A stretch of DNA of 64,000 nucleotides from an uncultured Acidobacteriota bacterium (GTDB taxonomy: Bacteria > Acidobacteriota > Terriglobia > Terriglobales > Acidobacteriaceae), in contig CAWBIG010000032.1 in the NCBI GenBank assembly GCA_963788435.1, positions 1,864 to 65,863 on the forward strand. The letters run 5' to 3'. Position numbers and translations under genes: made by a program. Each line of letters starts with the position of its first letter. The stretch's first letter is position 1. Below are positions 45,526-56,939 of this stretch, one piece after another. A model generated the notes under the pieces. It was not told the origin of the DNA and made no database searches. It was given only the letters and a program-made list of their open reading frames with translations.

Positions 45526-45775
45526 GAATCCTCCGCAAAGTCACAAACATCCAGTGGGAATGAGCACACGCTACAGCGAATCGAAGTTGCTTTCAGGCGT
45601 GTGCGATGGATGAAAACAGAATCAAAGCATCTTCAGAATTATCATAGCCAATGATTGGAAGCGTGCACAGACATCAACTAAGCCCGCGCATCTCTGAGCT
45701 AACTATCTCCTGGCCGGGAGTTGCTGCGGCTGACTTTCCACAGCGGTGTTCCGGCAACGCGGTGCGCCGCGCTCT

Positions 45776-46351
45776 TCAGCCGATATTCAGCGTCTTGAGG
45801 AGGCTCCGCGGTTCCCGCTGGATCTTCTCCTGCAACAGTGTGATCGCGTACATCAGCTGCTCCGGACGGGGCGGGCAACCAGGCACATACACATCGACCG
45901 GAATAATCTGGTTCACTCCCTGGACCAGGGCATAATTCTGAAACACGCCGCCAGAGGTGGCGCATGCCCCCATGGAGATGACCCACTTGGGCTCGGGCAT
46001 CTGGTCGTAGAGACGACGGATAACGGGCGCCATCTTCTGCGACACCCGCCCGGCAATGATGATCAGGTCCGATTGCCGCGGGGAAGGCCTGAAAACCTCG
46101 GAGCCAAATCGGGCAATGTCAAAGCGCGATGCGCCCATGGACATCATTTCGATGGCGCAGCAGGCCAGCCCGAAAGTCATGGGCCACACGGAGCTTTTGC
46201 GGATCCAGTTGACGGCGAAATCCAGCGTGGTGAGGAACACGCCTTCGGGCTGCTCGAACCCGTAGTTGACCTCCCGCACCTTGGCGCGATTCAGCGCGCT
46301 GCTCTCCAGGTTGCCAAACAGGTATCGATCGCGCTCTGCCGCTTCTGCCAT
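45776..46351 (-). CDS. nuoB: NADH-quinone oxidoreductase subunit B (NuoB/PSST), not flanked by other nuo genes
   Basis: [23 protein letters not shown] and VPGCPPRPE motifs (N2 cluster ligands), 191 aa. Confidence 0.93.
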   Translation of the reverse strand: MAEAAERDRYLFGNLESSALNRAKVREVNYGFEQPEGVFLTTLDFAVNWIRKSSVWPMTFGLACCAIEMMSMGASRFDIARFGSEVFRPSPRQSDLIIIAGRVSQKMAPVIRRLYDQMPEPKWVISMGACATSGGVFQNYALVQGVNQIIPVDVYVPGCPPRPEQLMYAITLLQEKIQREPRSLLKTLNIG

Positions 46352-46467
46352 GCCCTTATGATACCGCCTTGCGGCCTAATGCCCGCAAACAGCAGGCTTG
46401 GCGTGATCTCCCGGCGGCGCTTTCCAGCCCTCCGGCAGCCACAGCACCACCTGGAAGCGTATCCAGT

Positions 46468-47121
46468 TCAGGGTCCCCCTGGCGGCGGTTTTTCCCCCGC
46501 AGACGGATCAATCTGATGCGGGATCAGCGAAGATGCCCGTGCCCATGCCTGGGCAAACGGTGCCGGATCAGCGATGCCGGGCGAAATGTGCGCGTCGAAG
46601 ATGCGCAGTTCGCCTTGGGATGCTGCTTCTGCCGTTTTCAGCAAGAATTCCGACGCGCCCTTTTCTCGCTCACTGCTCCAATCCTTCTTGTGGACAAATG
46701 CGAGATCGTAGATTCCCTGCGCCTGACGGAACGCCGCCGGATCAGTCAAAAACCGGAAGCTGCGCGGATTCCACCCGATCGCATCCTGCGCGCGCAAGCC
46801 GTAGGTGGTTCCAATCTCACGCTGGTTGATCGAGTTGTACGGCGGGGTGGCCAGATACAGCCCGTCGGGAAATCCCGCCGGGGGATTGCGGTCGACCACA
46901 AGATCCCATCCGCTGTAACCCGCATCCAGCGCTGGAATCGGCACCAGCCGGAATCTCCATCCCTCGCCAATCGGCGCACTCCACTCCTGGCCCGCATTTA
47001 CGTCGCCGTCGAGTACCAGCCGCTTGCATGATTGCGCCGCACCCGCGTAACAAGGCGTGGCGGCCAGGCTCCCGGCGCACACGGTCGCTGCCAACGCCCA
47101 AATTTTCCCGAGTCTGTTCAT
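46468..47121 (-). CDS. Secreted hypothetical protein
   Basis: MNRLGKIWALAATVCAGSLAATPCYAGAAQ signal peptide at the internal ATG 47121. No recognisable domain. Same strand, 116 nt upstream of nuoB. Confidence 0.6.
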   Translation of the reverse strand: MNRLGKIWALAATVCAGSLAATPCYAGAAQSCKRLVLDGDVNAGQEWSAPIGEGWRFRLVPIPALDAGYSGWDLVVDRNPPAGFPDGLYLATPPYNSINQREIGTTYGLRAQDAIGWNPRSFRFLTDPAAFRQAQGIYDLAFVHKKDWSSEREKGASEFLLKTAEAASQGELRIFDAHISPGIADPAPFAQAWARASSLIPHQIDPSAGEKPPPGGP

Positions 47122-47424
47122 CCAGATTTCGCCGTTCTTGCTATCTTCGCCGATCCGGATGTGCTCTGGCGTTGAATCGCTTCCTGGTGAAATTCGCACG
47201 CGATTTCCTCGTTCGTTAACCACAAACGCAGTGAAGATGCCAGCATGAATTCGGATTTCCTCATGCAATCCTTACGTCTCGCATGCCATATTGATGAACA
47301 GAACCGTTTGCAATCCACGGGGAAAAAGGCGCTCATGGCCGCGCGCCGCTCTGGGGCGTGGTTGATTCGGGAGCCGCTTCCGTCTGACAGATAACCACAT
47401 TATTTTCAACGCGATCGGGAGATT

Positions 47425-48822
47425 ATGCGCCGTACGATTGCTGGACTTTTTCTCTTCCTATCCTCTCTTGCCAGTCCCGGTTTGATGCCGGCGCAGGCTG
47501 CGTCTTCGCAGCCGGCCTCCCAGGCCCAGGTAGCAGCACTGCAGCAAGCGGTCCAAAATGCGCAGACCTCCGGCGACAACGCCTGGATGCTGGTGTCAGC
47601 CGCGCTGGTGCTGCTGATGACCGGCCCCGGCCTGGCGCTCTTCTATGGCGGCCTTGTCCGCAAAAAGAACATTCTCGGCACCATGATGCAGAGCTTCGCC
47701 ATGATGTGCCTGGTCACGATTCTCTGGCCTATCATCGGCTATTCGCTGGCTTTCAGCCCTGGCAACGCCTTCATCGGGGGCTTCGGGCATGTGTTTCTCA
47801 GGAACGTCTCCATCACCGTCGACCCGCATAACTTCTATGTGCAAACGATTCCCGAGCAGACTTATATGGTCTACCAGCTCATGTTTGCCATCATCACACC
47901 GGCGCTGATCACCGGCGCCTTTGCCGAACGCATGAAGTTCAGCGCCATGGCACTTTTTCTTTCGCTGTGGTCATTGCTCGTGTACAGTCCCATGGCGCAC
48001 ATGGTTTGGGGGGTGGGCGGGCTGTTGAACTCCAATGGCGGCCGCATCCCGAGTCTGGATTTCGCCGGCGGCACAGTGGTGCACGTTACGTCGGGAGTTT
48101 CTGCCCTGGTGACCGCGTTGTATCTCGGTAAACGCATCGGATATCCCCACACCAAGATGGCGCCGCACTCGCTGGTACTCAGTTTCATCGGCGCGTGCCT
48201 GCTATGGGTGGGCTGGTTCGGGTTCAACGCCGGAAGCGCACTTAGTGCCGGCCCGCTGGCCACCAGCGCCTTTATCAACACCCACTTCGCCACCGCGACC
48301 GCGGCCCTCGGCTGGACCATCTTCGAGTGGCTGCACAACGGCAAGCCCACAGCCCTGGGCGCCATCTCGGGCGCGGTTGCCGGACTGGTGGCCATTACTC
48401 CGGCTTCAGGTTTTGTGCAGCCGTTTTCAGCACTGGCCATCGGACTGGTCGCCGGATTCGTCTGCTCCTTTATGGTGTTCAAGGTGAAGTCTCTGTTTGG
48501 CTATGACGACTCCCTCGATGCCTTCGGCGTTCACGGAGCCGGCGGCACGGTCGGCGCATTGCTCACCGGCCTCTTCGCCACCCAGATCATCAACCCGGCC
48601 TTTGGCAAGGGTGTGCCGACCGGAGCCATGGACGGTCACTGGAGCCAGATTGCAAACCAGGCATCGGGCGTGGCCATCGCGTGGACCATCTCCATCGTGG
48701 GGACGCTGGTGCTGCTTTTCCTGGTCGATAAAGTCATCGGCCTGCGCCTGTCCTCAGAAGATGAGAACGAGGGCCTAGACCTTTCGCAGCATGGCGAGGA
48801 AGGTTACGATTTCAACACCTGA
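47425..48822 (+). CDS. amtB: Ammonium transporter
   Basis: Signal peptide, then Amt signatures (DFAGGTVVHVTSG, WFGFNAGSAL, AITPASGFV, DDSLDAFGVHGAGG). Confidence 0.95.
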   Translation: MRRTIAGLFLFLSSLASPGLMPAQAASSQPASQAQVAALQQAVQNAQTSGDNAWMLVSAALVLLMTGPGLALFYGGLVRKKNILGTMMQSFAMMCLVTILWPIIGYSLAFSPGNAFIGGFGHVFLRNVSITVDPHNFYVQTIPEQTYMVYQLMFAIITPALITGAFAERMKFSAMALFLSLWSLLVYSPMAHMVWGVGGLLNSNGGRIPSLDFAGGTVVHVTSGVSALVTALYLGKRIGYPHTKMAPHSLVLSFIGACLLWVGWFGFNAGSALSAGPLATSAFINTHFATATAALGWTIFEWLHNGKPTALGAISGAVAGLVAITPASGFVQPFSALAIGLVAGFVCSFMVFKVKSLFGYDDSLDAFGVHGAGGTVGALLTGLFATQIINPAFGKGVPTGAMDGHWSQIANQASGVAIAWTISIVGTLVLLFLVDKVIGLRLSSEDENEGLDLSQHGEEGYDFNT

Positions 48823-49245
<423 letters not shown>

Positions 49246-49272
49246 CCGGCGGCCCTCGAAACGCGAGCGTCC

Positions 49273-49782
49273 ATGTCCAATGTGATCGAGTTCAGGCCCT
49301 CGTCGCCGCTTTCCCCGTTCCTCGGGGAGTGGGCGCTCGACCCTCTCTCCGTATCGCGGAACAAAGTGATGAAGAGCGCACTGGGAGAAGAGGGATTGAA
49401 GAAGCTCTGGGCCTGCGCTTCCATGGAGGAACGCGCGCAATGCCTGGCCGCGGACCCGGAGCTTGTTAACCGATACCAGGCAGCGGTCAGTCCCGGCAGA
49501 AAGAGAAGCATGGTGGTCACCCCCGAGGCCATCACATTCCATCGCTCGCAATTCGGCACGATTCCAGCCAAAACCACGGTCCTTGCGATCACCAGGGTCA
49601 CAACCGAGGGCCGCAAGGTCATCGCCCACACTGTCGATACGCGGCCTGAGCGACGCGGCCATCCCATCGGCTACGTTTTCCGGTGGAACAAGCAGTGGCT
49701 TCTCGTCAGCGAGCAATATTATGGCCGGGAGGCGCAGCTTTTTCCGCGATCCCCGGTGCATCGGTATTACGCAGCCATCTGA
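49273..49782 (+). CDS. Hypothetical protein between glnK and glnD (169 aa)
   Basis: The ATG lies 28 nt after the glnK stop, with coding-like composition and no alternative long ORF. I recognise no motif. No TM or signal peptide. Confidence 0.55.
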   Translation: MSNVIEFRPSSPLSPFLGEWALDPLSVSRNKVMKSALGEEGLKKLWACASMEERAQCLAADPELVNRYQAAVSPGRKRSMVVTPEAITFHRSQFGTIPAKTTVLAITRVTTEGRKVIAHTVDTRPERRGHPIGYVFRWNKQWLLVSEQYYGREAQLFPRSPVHRYYAAI

Positions 49783-49938
49783 ACCGCTGCCTCGGAGCCC
49801 CAATTCATCGCCGTGCACACGCCCGGCCCGGTCCTGCGCGCTCCGTCCATCCTTATCCCTTCTTCATTCACCTTCCGCCCGCAATCGCTTATTCTGGAAG
49901 AACATCCTTTTTGCTTCAGCTGGATACCCCAAAGCCAC

Positions 49939-52548
49939 ATGGACCCAATCGCAATCACGGTTGACGATTTACGGGAGCAGTATCAGCGGGAGATGGCGCT
50001 TGTCTCGGCCACCTACGAGCGAACCGGCGATGGCACCGCCGCCATTCGCCGCCGCTCCGCCATCGTCGACCGAATCCTGATTGAAATGTGGCGCCGGGCT
50101 TTCTCCGGTTACCCCGGCTTGAGTGTTTCCCTGATCGCTCTCGGAGGCTACGGCCGCAAAGACCTTTTTCCCTACTCCGATATCGATGTCCTCTTCGCCT
50201 TTGCCGACGACAAGACTGAAGAGCATTCCCGCGATTCAGTTCGCGCCATGGTCCAGGGAATGTGGGACGTGGGTCTCCGGGCCAGCCCGGCTTCGCGCAC
50301 GCTCAAAGAGGCTGGCCGCTTCGATCCCGACAACCTCGAGTTCACTCTCGCCACCCTCGATCGCCGCTTCCTCGCCGGCCAGTTCCCTCTCTATCAGCAG
50401 CTCCACCAGTCCGTGCTGCCCGGACTCATCCTCAGCGAATGGAACACCATCGCCCAGAAGCTCGGCGAGATTGCCCGCGCCCGCCACTCCAAATACGGCA
50501 ACACCATTTTCCACCTGGAGCCTAACCTTAAAGAGTGTCCCGGCGGCCTGCGCGATTACCATCTCGCCGTCTGGTTCGCCCTGCTGTTTCACCTGAAGGA
50601 AACCCGCGAATGGCCCCGGCAGCGCGGCGGCGTTTTTCAGTCGGCCCGAGGCGAAGCCGAAGCCGCCTTCGATTTCCTGGCCGCTGCCCGATGTTTCCTC
50701 CACTTCCGCCACGGCCGCGACGATAACACCCTCGACTGGCAATCGCAGGATGAAGCCGCCGCCAACTCCATCGGCCTGGAAACCCGCGGCACCGCCGATC
50801 CCGCCTACTGGATGCGCACTTACTACCGTCATGCGCGCGTCATTTATCGCCGCGCCGCGCTATTGATGGAAAATCTCCCCGCGCCAGTCAGTTTTTACAA
50901 GCAATTCCGCCGCCGCCGCACTCCCATCGCAGGCACCGACTTCGTCCTCGACCAGGGCCGCATCGACATCCTTCCCGGCGCGCAGTTTTCCGACACTGCC
51001 ACCATCCTCCGCATCTTCGCCCTCATGGCCACGCATGGCTACTCCCTTTCGCAGGCCGCTGAGGACCGCATCACCGACGCCATTCCCGCTCTCGCTATCC
51101 ACGTTCCGGAAGGCCCGTACCTCTGGAACGCCCTGCGCGAAGTGCTCCTCGGACCCCACGCGGCTCATGCCCTGAGAACCATGCACGCGCTCGGTGTTCT
51201 GGAAATGCTCCTGCCCGAGTTCCACGGCATCGACGCCCTCGTCATTCGGGACAGCTATCACCGCTATACCGTCGACGAGCATACGTTCCTCACCATCGAC
51301 AACGTGCACAGCCTGCGCACTCCCGCCCACGATTACGAACAGCGCCTTGCCCAGCTGCTGCCGGAAATCGAGCGCCTCGATCTCTTTCTGCTCGCCCTTC
51401 TTCTTCACGACACCGGCAAGGGGCGCCGCACCGGCGAGCACACCGGTCAGTCGGTGGAACTGGCCGACAGTTTCATGGCGCGACTCGACTTCGATGCCGA
51501 GGAGCGCGAAACCGTCCTCCGTCTCATCCGCCAGCACCTGGAGATGTCGAACGCGCTTCGCCGCGACATCTTCGACCTGGAAAACGTGCGCAGCTTCGCG
51601 GACAAGATCGGCTCGCCGGCTCTGCTGAAAATGCTTACGCTGCTTACATTCGCCGACATCAAGGCCGTCAATCCCGAGGCGCTCACCCCCTGGAAAGCCG
51701 AGAATCTCTGGCAGCTCTACATGACCACCGCCAATTTCATGGATCGCAGCGTAGACGAGATCCGCTATCACGCCGCCATCGATCCCACCCTCCTCAACCG
51801 CCTCCGCGCCATGGTTACGCCCGCGCAATATGACGCGCTCGGCCGCTACCTTGAGGGCCTGCCGCAGCGCTATCTGCAAACCCGCCTGCCCGATCAGATC
51901 CGCAATCATTTTCAGCTCGCTGCCGATCTCGAAAAGGATTCCGTCCAGCTCGATCTCCGTCCCCTCCGCCAGCTCTTCGACCTCACCGTGATCGCGAAGG
52001 ATCGCAGCCGCCTCTTTGCCGACGTTGCCGGCGCGCTGGCAGCCTGGGGCATGAACATCGTCAAGGCCGGCGCATTCTCAAACGATGCCGGTATCGTCGT
52101 CGACAGTTTCCAGTTTTCCGATGTCTTCCGCACTCTTGAGCTCAATCCAACTGAGAAACAGCGTTTCCTCGGCTTTGTCCACGATGTGGTGGCGCAAAAG
52201 ACCCCGGTGGAGCAGCTTCTCGACGGCCGTCGCCACGCCAACCACTCCGCTGGAATCAGAATCGATGTCCCCACCCGCATCCAGTTCGACTCGCTCTCAT
52301 CCACCCACTCCACTCTCCTCCAGGTAATTGCACAGGACGCATCCGGCCTGCTGCGCAGCGTCGCCCTGGTGCTCTCCAATCTGGATTGCAACATTGAAGT
52401 CGCCCTCATCGACACCGAAGGCGAAACCGCCATTGACGTCTTCTACCTCACCCACGACGGCACAAAGTTGAATGACGAGACCCAGAACCGGCTATCCATC
52501 GAGCTCACCGCCGCGATCGAAGAACTCCGCATCCCCGCCGGCGCCTGA
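49939..52548 (+). CDS. glnD: [Protein-PII] uridylyltransferase / uridylyl-removing enzyme
   Basis: Nucleotidyltransferase ([22 protein letters not shown]), HD domain (LLLHDTGKG) and two C-terminal ACT domains. ATG 49939 ([10 protein letters not shown]) is preferred over the track start. Confidence 0.92.
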   Translation: MDPIAITVDDLREQYQREMALVSATYERTGDGTAAIRRRSAIVDRILIEMWRRAFSGYPGLSVSLIALGGYGRKDLFPYSDIDVLFAFADDKTEEHSRDSVRAMVQGMWDVGLRASPASRTLKEAGRFDPDNLEFTLATLDRRFLAGQFPLYQQLHQSVLPGLILSEWNTIAQKLGEIARARHSKYGNTIFHLEPNLKECPGGLRDYHLAVWFALLFHLKETREWPRQRGGVFQSARGEAEAAFDFLAAARCFLHFRHGRDDNTLDWQSQDEAAANSIGLETRGTADPAYWMRTYYRHARVIYRRAALLMENLPAPVSFYKQFRRRRTPIAGTDFVLDQGRIDILPGAQFSDTATILRIFALMATHGYSLSQAAEDRITDAIPALAIHVPEGPYLWNALREVLLGPHAAHALRTMHALGVLEMLLPEFHGIDALVIRDSYHRYTVDEHTFLTIDNVHSLRTPAHDYEQRLAQLLPEIERLDLFLLALLLHDTGKGRRTGEHTGQSVELADSFMARLDFDAEERETVLRLIRQHLEMSNALRRDIFDLENVRSFADKIGSPALLKMLTLLTFADIKAVNPEALTPWKAENLWQLYMTTANFMDRSVDEIRYHAAIDPTLLNRLRAMVTPAQYDALGRYLEGLPQRYLQTRLPDQIRNHFQLAADLEKDSVQLDLRPLRQLFDLTVIAKDRSRLFADVAGALAAWGMNIVKAGAFSNDAGIVVDSFQFSDVFRTLELNPTEKQRFLGFVHDVVAQKTPVEQLLDGRRHANHSAGIRIDVPTRIQFDSLSSTHSTLLQVIAQDASGLLRSVALVLSNLDCNIEVALIDTEGETAIDVFYLTHDGTKLNDETQNRLSIELTAAIEELRIPAGA

Positions 52549-52661
52549 GTGCCTCAAGCCCGACCCGCATCAGTTCACCAAATTTCGACCCTCCGCTGCC
52601 TCCCAGGTGCTAGATTGTTGAACGGAAGAGGCGCGGCCCTTTTCGCGCCCGGAGGTTTCCG

Positions 52662-54875
52662 TTGCTTCGTCTTGCCGCTCTCGGCGTTCTCTGCTTTGCC
52701 GCTCCAATCGTTCTTTCCGCTCAATCTGCCGGCGATCTCGCCCGCGAGAAAGCTGAATCTGCTCGCGTCACCATCGTCCGTGACGATTGGGGCATCGCTC
52801 ACGTCCACGGCCATACCGACGGCGATGCCGTCTTCGGCATGATCTACGCCCAGTGCGAGGACGACTTCAACCGCGTCGAAATGAATTACCTCACCGCTCT
52901 GGGCCGCACCGCCGAAGCCGAAGGAGAGTCCGCCATCTGGCAGGACCTCCGCCAGCGCCTCTTCATCGATCCCGAAGTCCTGAAGCGTGATTACGCTGCC
53001 AGCCCTGAGTGGCTCCGCAAACTGATGGATGCGTGGGCCGATGGCGCCAACTACTATCTCGCCACCCATCCCGACACTCATCCCAAGGTCCTCACCCATT
53101 TCGAGCCCTGGATGGCGCTCTCGTTCACTGAAGGCTCCATCGGCGGAGACATTGAACGCATTGATCTCCGGCGATTGCAGGCATTCTTCAGCAGCAACAT
53201 GTCAATCCTGAAAACCATCGGCGCTGTTAGCCCGACCCGGCCCGCGGAATCCTCCTGGTTCCTGCAAGATCTTTCCGGCTCCAACGGCATCGCCATCGCT
53301 CCGTCCAACACTCTCGATCACCGCGCGCTGTTGCTCATCAATCCGCACACCTCGTTCTTCTTTCGCAGCGAGTTGCAAATGTCCAGCGACGAAGGCCTCG
53401 ACGCCTACGGCGCCGTCACCTGGGGCCAGTTCTTCATCTACCAGGGCTTCAATCCGCGCGTCGGGTGGATGCACACATCGAGTAACGTCGACGCCGTCGA
53501 CGAGTATCTTGAATCCGTCATCTTTGACAACACAAAGTTCCGTTACCGCTATGGCTCCCAGACGCGCCTCTTCACTGAGAAACCTATTACGATTCGCTAC
53601 AAAACCGAGCAGGGACTCAGCTCGTACAACTTCACTGCGCTCTATTCTGTCCATGGGCCCGTCATCGCCCAGGATGGAAACAAATACGTCACCATTCAGC
53701 TCATGAACACGCCCATTCCCGCGCTCGAACAGAGCTACCTGCGCACCAAGGCTCGCAACTACGCTGAATACAAAAAGACCATGGAACTGCGCGCCAACTC
53801 CTCCAACAACACCGTCTTCGCTGACGCCGACGGCGACATCGCCTACTGGCAGGGCGACTTCATTCCCCGCCGCGACACCCGCTTCGACTACACCAAGCCC
53901 GTGGATGGCAGCAACCCCGCCACCAACTGGAATGGGCTTCTGACGCTCAATGAAGTCCCGCACCTGCTCGATCCCAAAAGCGGCTTCCTCTTCAACGTGA
54001 ACGATTCGCCCTGGAACGGCGCTGGCGCAAGCTCATTGCGCAAGACCGACTATCCCGCTTACGTCGAGCAAGGCATCGAGTCTGCCCGCGGCCATCACGC
54101 CATGCGCCTGCTTGACCCCGATGGCCAGCCCCGCCGCGACTTCACCCTCGAAAGCCTGAGGCAGTCGGCCTTCGACTCCTACCTGCCATGGTTCGCCCGA
54201 ACCATTCCTGCGCTCACCGCGGCGTACGATGCTCTCCCCGCCGATGCGCCGCAGAAGAAGGACCTCACCGCGCAAGTGGCGCTCCTGCGCAACTGGGACG
54301 ACCGCTGGGGAGCCGATTCCACAGCAACTTCGCTAGCCATCTTCTGGGGCACGGAGCTGATAAAGACCGTTGGCCGTGCCGCGCATGAAGCCAGGATCCC
54401 CACTGAAGATTGGGTCGCTACTCGAGTCGCCGCCGCAACCCTGCTTTCCGCGCTGGCTGCCGCTTCAGCTCGCCTCACCTCCAATTTCGGATCCTGGCAG
54501 GTCCCCTGGGGCCAGATCAACCGCTTCCAGCGCGTCAATGACGACATTGAGCCGCACTTCAGCGACAGCGATCCCAGCATTCCGGTTCCTTTCACCTATT
54601 CCGGGTGGGGCTCGCTGGCATCCTTCTCCGCACGCCCTTATCCAGGCACGATGCGCTGGTATGGTAACGACGGCAACAGCTTCGTCGCCGTTGTCGAGTT
54701 CGGTCCCCGCATCCGCGCCGCCGCCGTCACCGCCGGAGGCGAAAGCGGCAATCCCAAATCGCCTCACTTCGACGACGAAGTCCAGCGCTACGTCTCCGGC
54801 AACCTGCGCGAGGTTTACTTCTACCCCGACCAGCTCAAGGGCCACACCGAGCGCGCGTACCACCCCGGGCAATAA
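52662..54875 (+). CDS. Penicillin acylase (S45, Ntn-hydrolase) family protein, secreted
   Basis: TTG start 6 nt after GGAGG, signal peptide, WGIAHVHG near the N-terminus, and a candidate nucleophile SNG (..DLSGSNGIAIAP..) at the alpha/beta junction. Confidence 0.8.
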   Translation: MLRLAALGVLCFAAPIVLSAQSAGDLAREKAESARVTIVRDDWGIAHVHGHTDGDAVFGMIYAQCEDDFNRVEMNYLTALGRTAEAEGESAIWQDLRQRLFIDPEVLKRDYAASPEWLRKLMDAWADGANYYLATHPDTHPKVLTHFEPWMALSFTEGSIGGDIERIDLRRLQAFFSSNMSILKTIGAVSPTRPAESSWFLQDLSGSNGIAIAPSNTLDHRALLLINPHTSFFFRSELQMSSDEGLDAYGAVTWGQFFIYQGFNPRVGWMHTSSNVDAVDEYLESVIFDNTKFRYRYGSQTRLFTEKPITIRYKTEQGLSSYNFTALYSVHGPVIAQDGNKYVTIQLMNTPIPALEQSYLRTKARNYAEYKKTMELRANSSNNTVFADADGDIAYWQGDFIPRRDTRFDYTKPVDGSNPATNWNGLLTLNEVPHLLDPKSGFLFNVNDSPWNGAGASSLRKTDYPAYVEQGIESARGHHAMRLLDPDGQPRRDFTLESLRQSAFDSYLPWFARTIPALTAAYDALPADAPQKKDLTAQVALLRNWDDRWGADSTATSLAIFWGTELIKTVGRAAHEARIPTEDWVATRVAAATLLSALAAASARLTSNFGSWQVPWGQINRFQRVNDDIEPHFSDSDPSIPVPFTYSGWGSLASFSARPYPGTMRWYGNDGNSFVAVVEFGPRIRAAAVTAGGESGNPKSPHFDDEVQRYVSGNLREVYFYPDQLKGHTERAYHPGQ

Positions 54876-55095
54876 CGGCCCGCCGCGCCACTCCACTTCG
54901 GCTCTTTCATCGGCTCCGGTGGCGTCACACTCCGCGGCGCGCCGCAGCTCCATGCATGTTTTATCCTGTCAGCAGGACGGCTCGCGATTTCGGCGTTCCT
55001 GGACTTTCCCCGGCATGGCGAGAAGAACCTTTTGACACCATCGGCCTCTTCTAGTCATCGTTCAGGAATCTCATTGCAACAGATACGGAGCGCGC

Positions 55096-56712
55096 ATGGC
55101 GCAGTCAACCGCGAAATCGCGGGATGCCGACAGTGAATTCCATTTTGACGAGACCTGGAAACCGCGCTTCAATCCCTGGGTCGTCGCATTTACCGTCACG
55201 TTAGCCACGTTCATGGAGGCGCTCGATTCCTCCATCGCGAACGTCGCCCTCCCGCACATAGCCGGGTCGCTTGGCGCCAGTTATGAGGAGGCCACCTGGA
55301 TTCTCACCTCGTATCTCGTCTCCAACGCCATCATTCTCCCCATCAGCGGCTGGATCGCCAACCGCATCGGCCGCAAGCGCTTTTACATGAGTTGTGTCGT
55401 CGCCTTCACCGTCTTTTCCTTTTGTTGCGGCCTGGCTAATTCTCTCGGCCTGCTCATCGTCTTCCGCATCTTTCAGGGCGCAGCCGGCGGCGGCCTCCAG
55501 CCCAGCGAGCGCGCCATCCTCGCCGATACCTTCGCTCCGGAAAAACGCAGCGTCGCCTTCGCCATCTACGGCATGGCCGTCGTCGTCGCGCCCGCCATCG
55601 GTCCCACCATCGGCGGCTGGATCACCGACAACTACACTTGGCGCTGGATCTTCTTCCTCAACATCCCCGTCGGCATTCTCTCCATCCTCCTCACCAGCCG
55701 CATCGTCGAAGATCCGCCCTACCTCAAGCGCGTCCGCAGAAAACTCGGCAGCGTCGACGGCATCGGGCTCGGCCTCCTCGCCGTCACCATCGGCGCTCTC
55801 CAAATCATGCTCGACAAGGGCCAGGAAAAAGACTGGTTCGGCTCCCACCTCATCGTCACCCTCGCCTTCGTAGCCGGCATCGGCCTTGCCGCGTTCCTCT
55901 GGCGCGAACTCACCACCGAACACCCCGCCATCGACCTCTCCCTCTATCGCAGCCGCAACTTCACCATGACCCAGCTCATCATGCTCGTCATCGGCTCCGC
56001 CCTCTACGCCACCACCGTCCTCATCCCGCAATTCCTCCAGGAGATGATGGGCTACACCGCCATGGAGGCCGGCATGGTGCTCTCCCTCGGCGGTCTCGTC
56101 CTCATCATCCTTCTGCCCATCGTCGGCTTCATCGGCACAAAGATCGATCCCCGCGCCATGATCTGCTTCGGTTTCGCTTGGGTCAGCTTCGGCATCTGGC
56201 GCATCTCCGAACTTAACCTCAACATCAGCTTCTGGAACGCCGCCAGTTGGCGCGTCATCATGGTCATCGGCATGCCCTTCCTCTTCGTGCCCATCAGCGT
56301 CATGTCCTATGTCGGCGTCCCTCAGGAGAAAAACAACGAGGTCTCCGGCCTCACTGCCCTTGCCCGCAACATCGGCGGCAGCCTCGGAATCTCCTTCATC
56401 AGCACCATGCTGGTGCGCCACGCTCAGGTGCACCAGAACTTCCTCGCCGCCCACGTCTATCCCGGCTCAGCCAACTTCCGCCTGCTCAACGGCGGACTCG
56501 ACCGCATGATGCAAACCCAGGGCTACTCTTCCGCCAGTGCCGCCAGCCATTCCATGGCTCGCACCTATGACATGATGGTCCAGCAGGCCAATACCCTCGC
56601 CTACATCGACACCATCCACACTCTCGTAATTCTCACCGTCTGTCTTATCCCCATCGGCTACTTGATGAAGAAGCCTCGCTTTCGATCGAGGACAGCTGCC
56701 CCGGTGGAATAG
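55096..56712 (+). CDS. MFS transporter, DHA2 (EmrB/QacA, 14-TMS) drug:H+ antiporter family
   Basis: LDSSIANVALPHI, GWIANRIGRKR and LIVFRIFQGAAGGGL motifs, 538 aa, about 14 TMs. Confidence 0.88.
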   Translation: MAQSTAKSRDADSEFHFDETWKPRFNPWVVAFTVTLATFMEALDSSIANVALPHIAGSLGASYEEATWILTSYLVSNAIILPISGWIANRIGRKRFYMSCVVAFTVFSFCCGLANSLGLLIVFRIFQGAAGGGLQPSERAILADTFAPEKRSVAFAIYGMAVVVAPAIGPTIGGWITDNYTWRWIFFLNIPVGILSILLTSRIVEDPPYLKRVRRKLGSVDGIGLGLLAVTIGALQIMLDKGQEKDWFGSHLIVTLAFVAGIGLAAFLWRELTTEHPAIDLSLYRSRNFTMTQLIMLVIGSALYATTVLIPQFLQEMMGYTAMEAGMVLSLGGLVLIILLPIVGFIGTKIDPRAMICFGFAWVSFGIWRISELNLNISFWNAASWRVIMVIGMPFLFVPISVMSYVGVPQEKNNEVSGLTALARNIGGSLGISFISTMLVRHAQVHQNFLAAHVYPGSANFRLLNGGLDRMMQTQGYSSASAASHSMARTYDMMVQQANTLAYIDTIHTLVILTVCLIPIGYLMKKPRFRSRTAAPVE

Positions 56713-56939
56713 CGCATACTGGGTATCTGCTTTACTCAAATCACCAGAATTCCTCGTGGTCGTCGCTTACGTATTTGTAAATAAAGTGTTTATCGTCTCA
56801 GCACTACGCTTTATGGAGTCTGCTTGACGGGCTGCTCGTAAAATATGCATCTTGCTTTTACCGTGAACATGGCTGCACTTACTGCACCTGTTGCATTTAT
56901 TTCATCTGTATGGCATACTCAATTCAGGAGGATCTCCCT

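Noticed and set aside
45526-45775. nuoC/nuoD or nuoA fragments around the orphan nuoB
   Set aside because: No ORF or recognisable remnant in any frame. The flanks are short intergenic regions and unrelated genes.
47122-47424. NtrC/sigma-54 promoter upstream of amtB
   Set aside because: Candidate strings (TGAACAGAACCGTTTGCA, TGGGGCGTGGTTGAT) lack either the GG or the GC at the correct spacing. No confident promoter can be called by eye.
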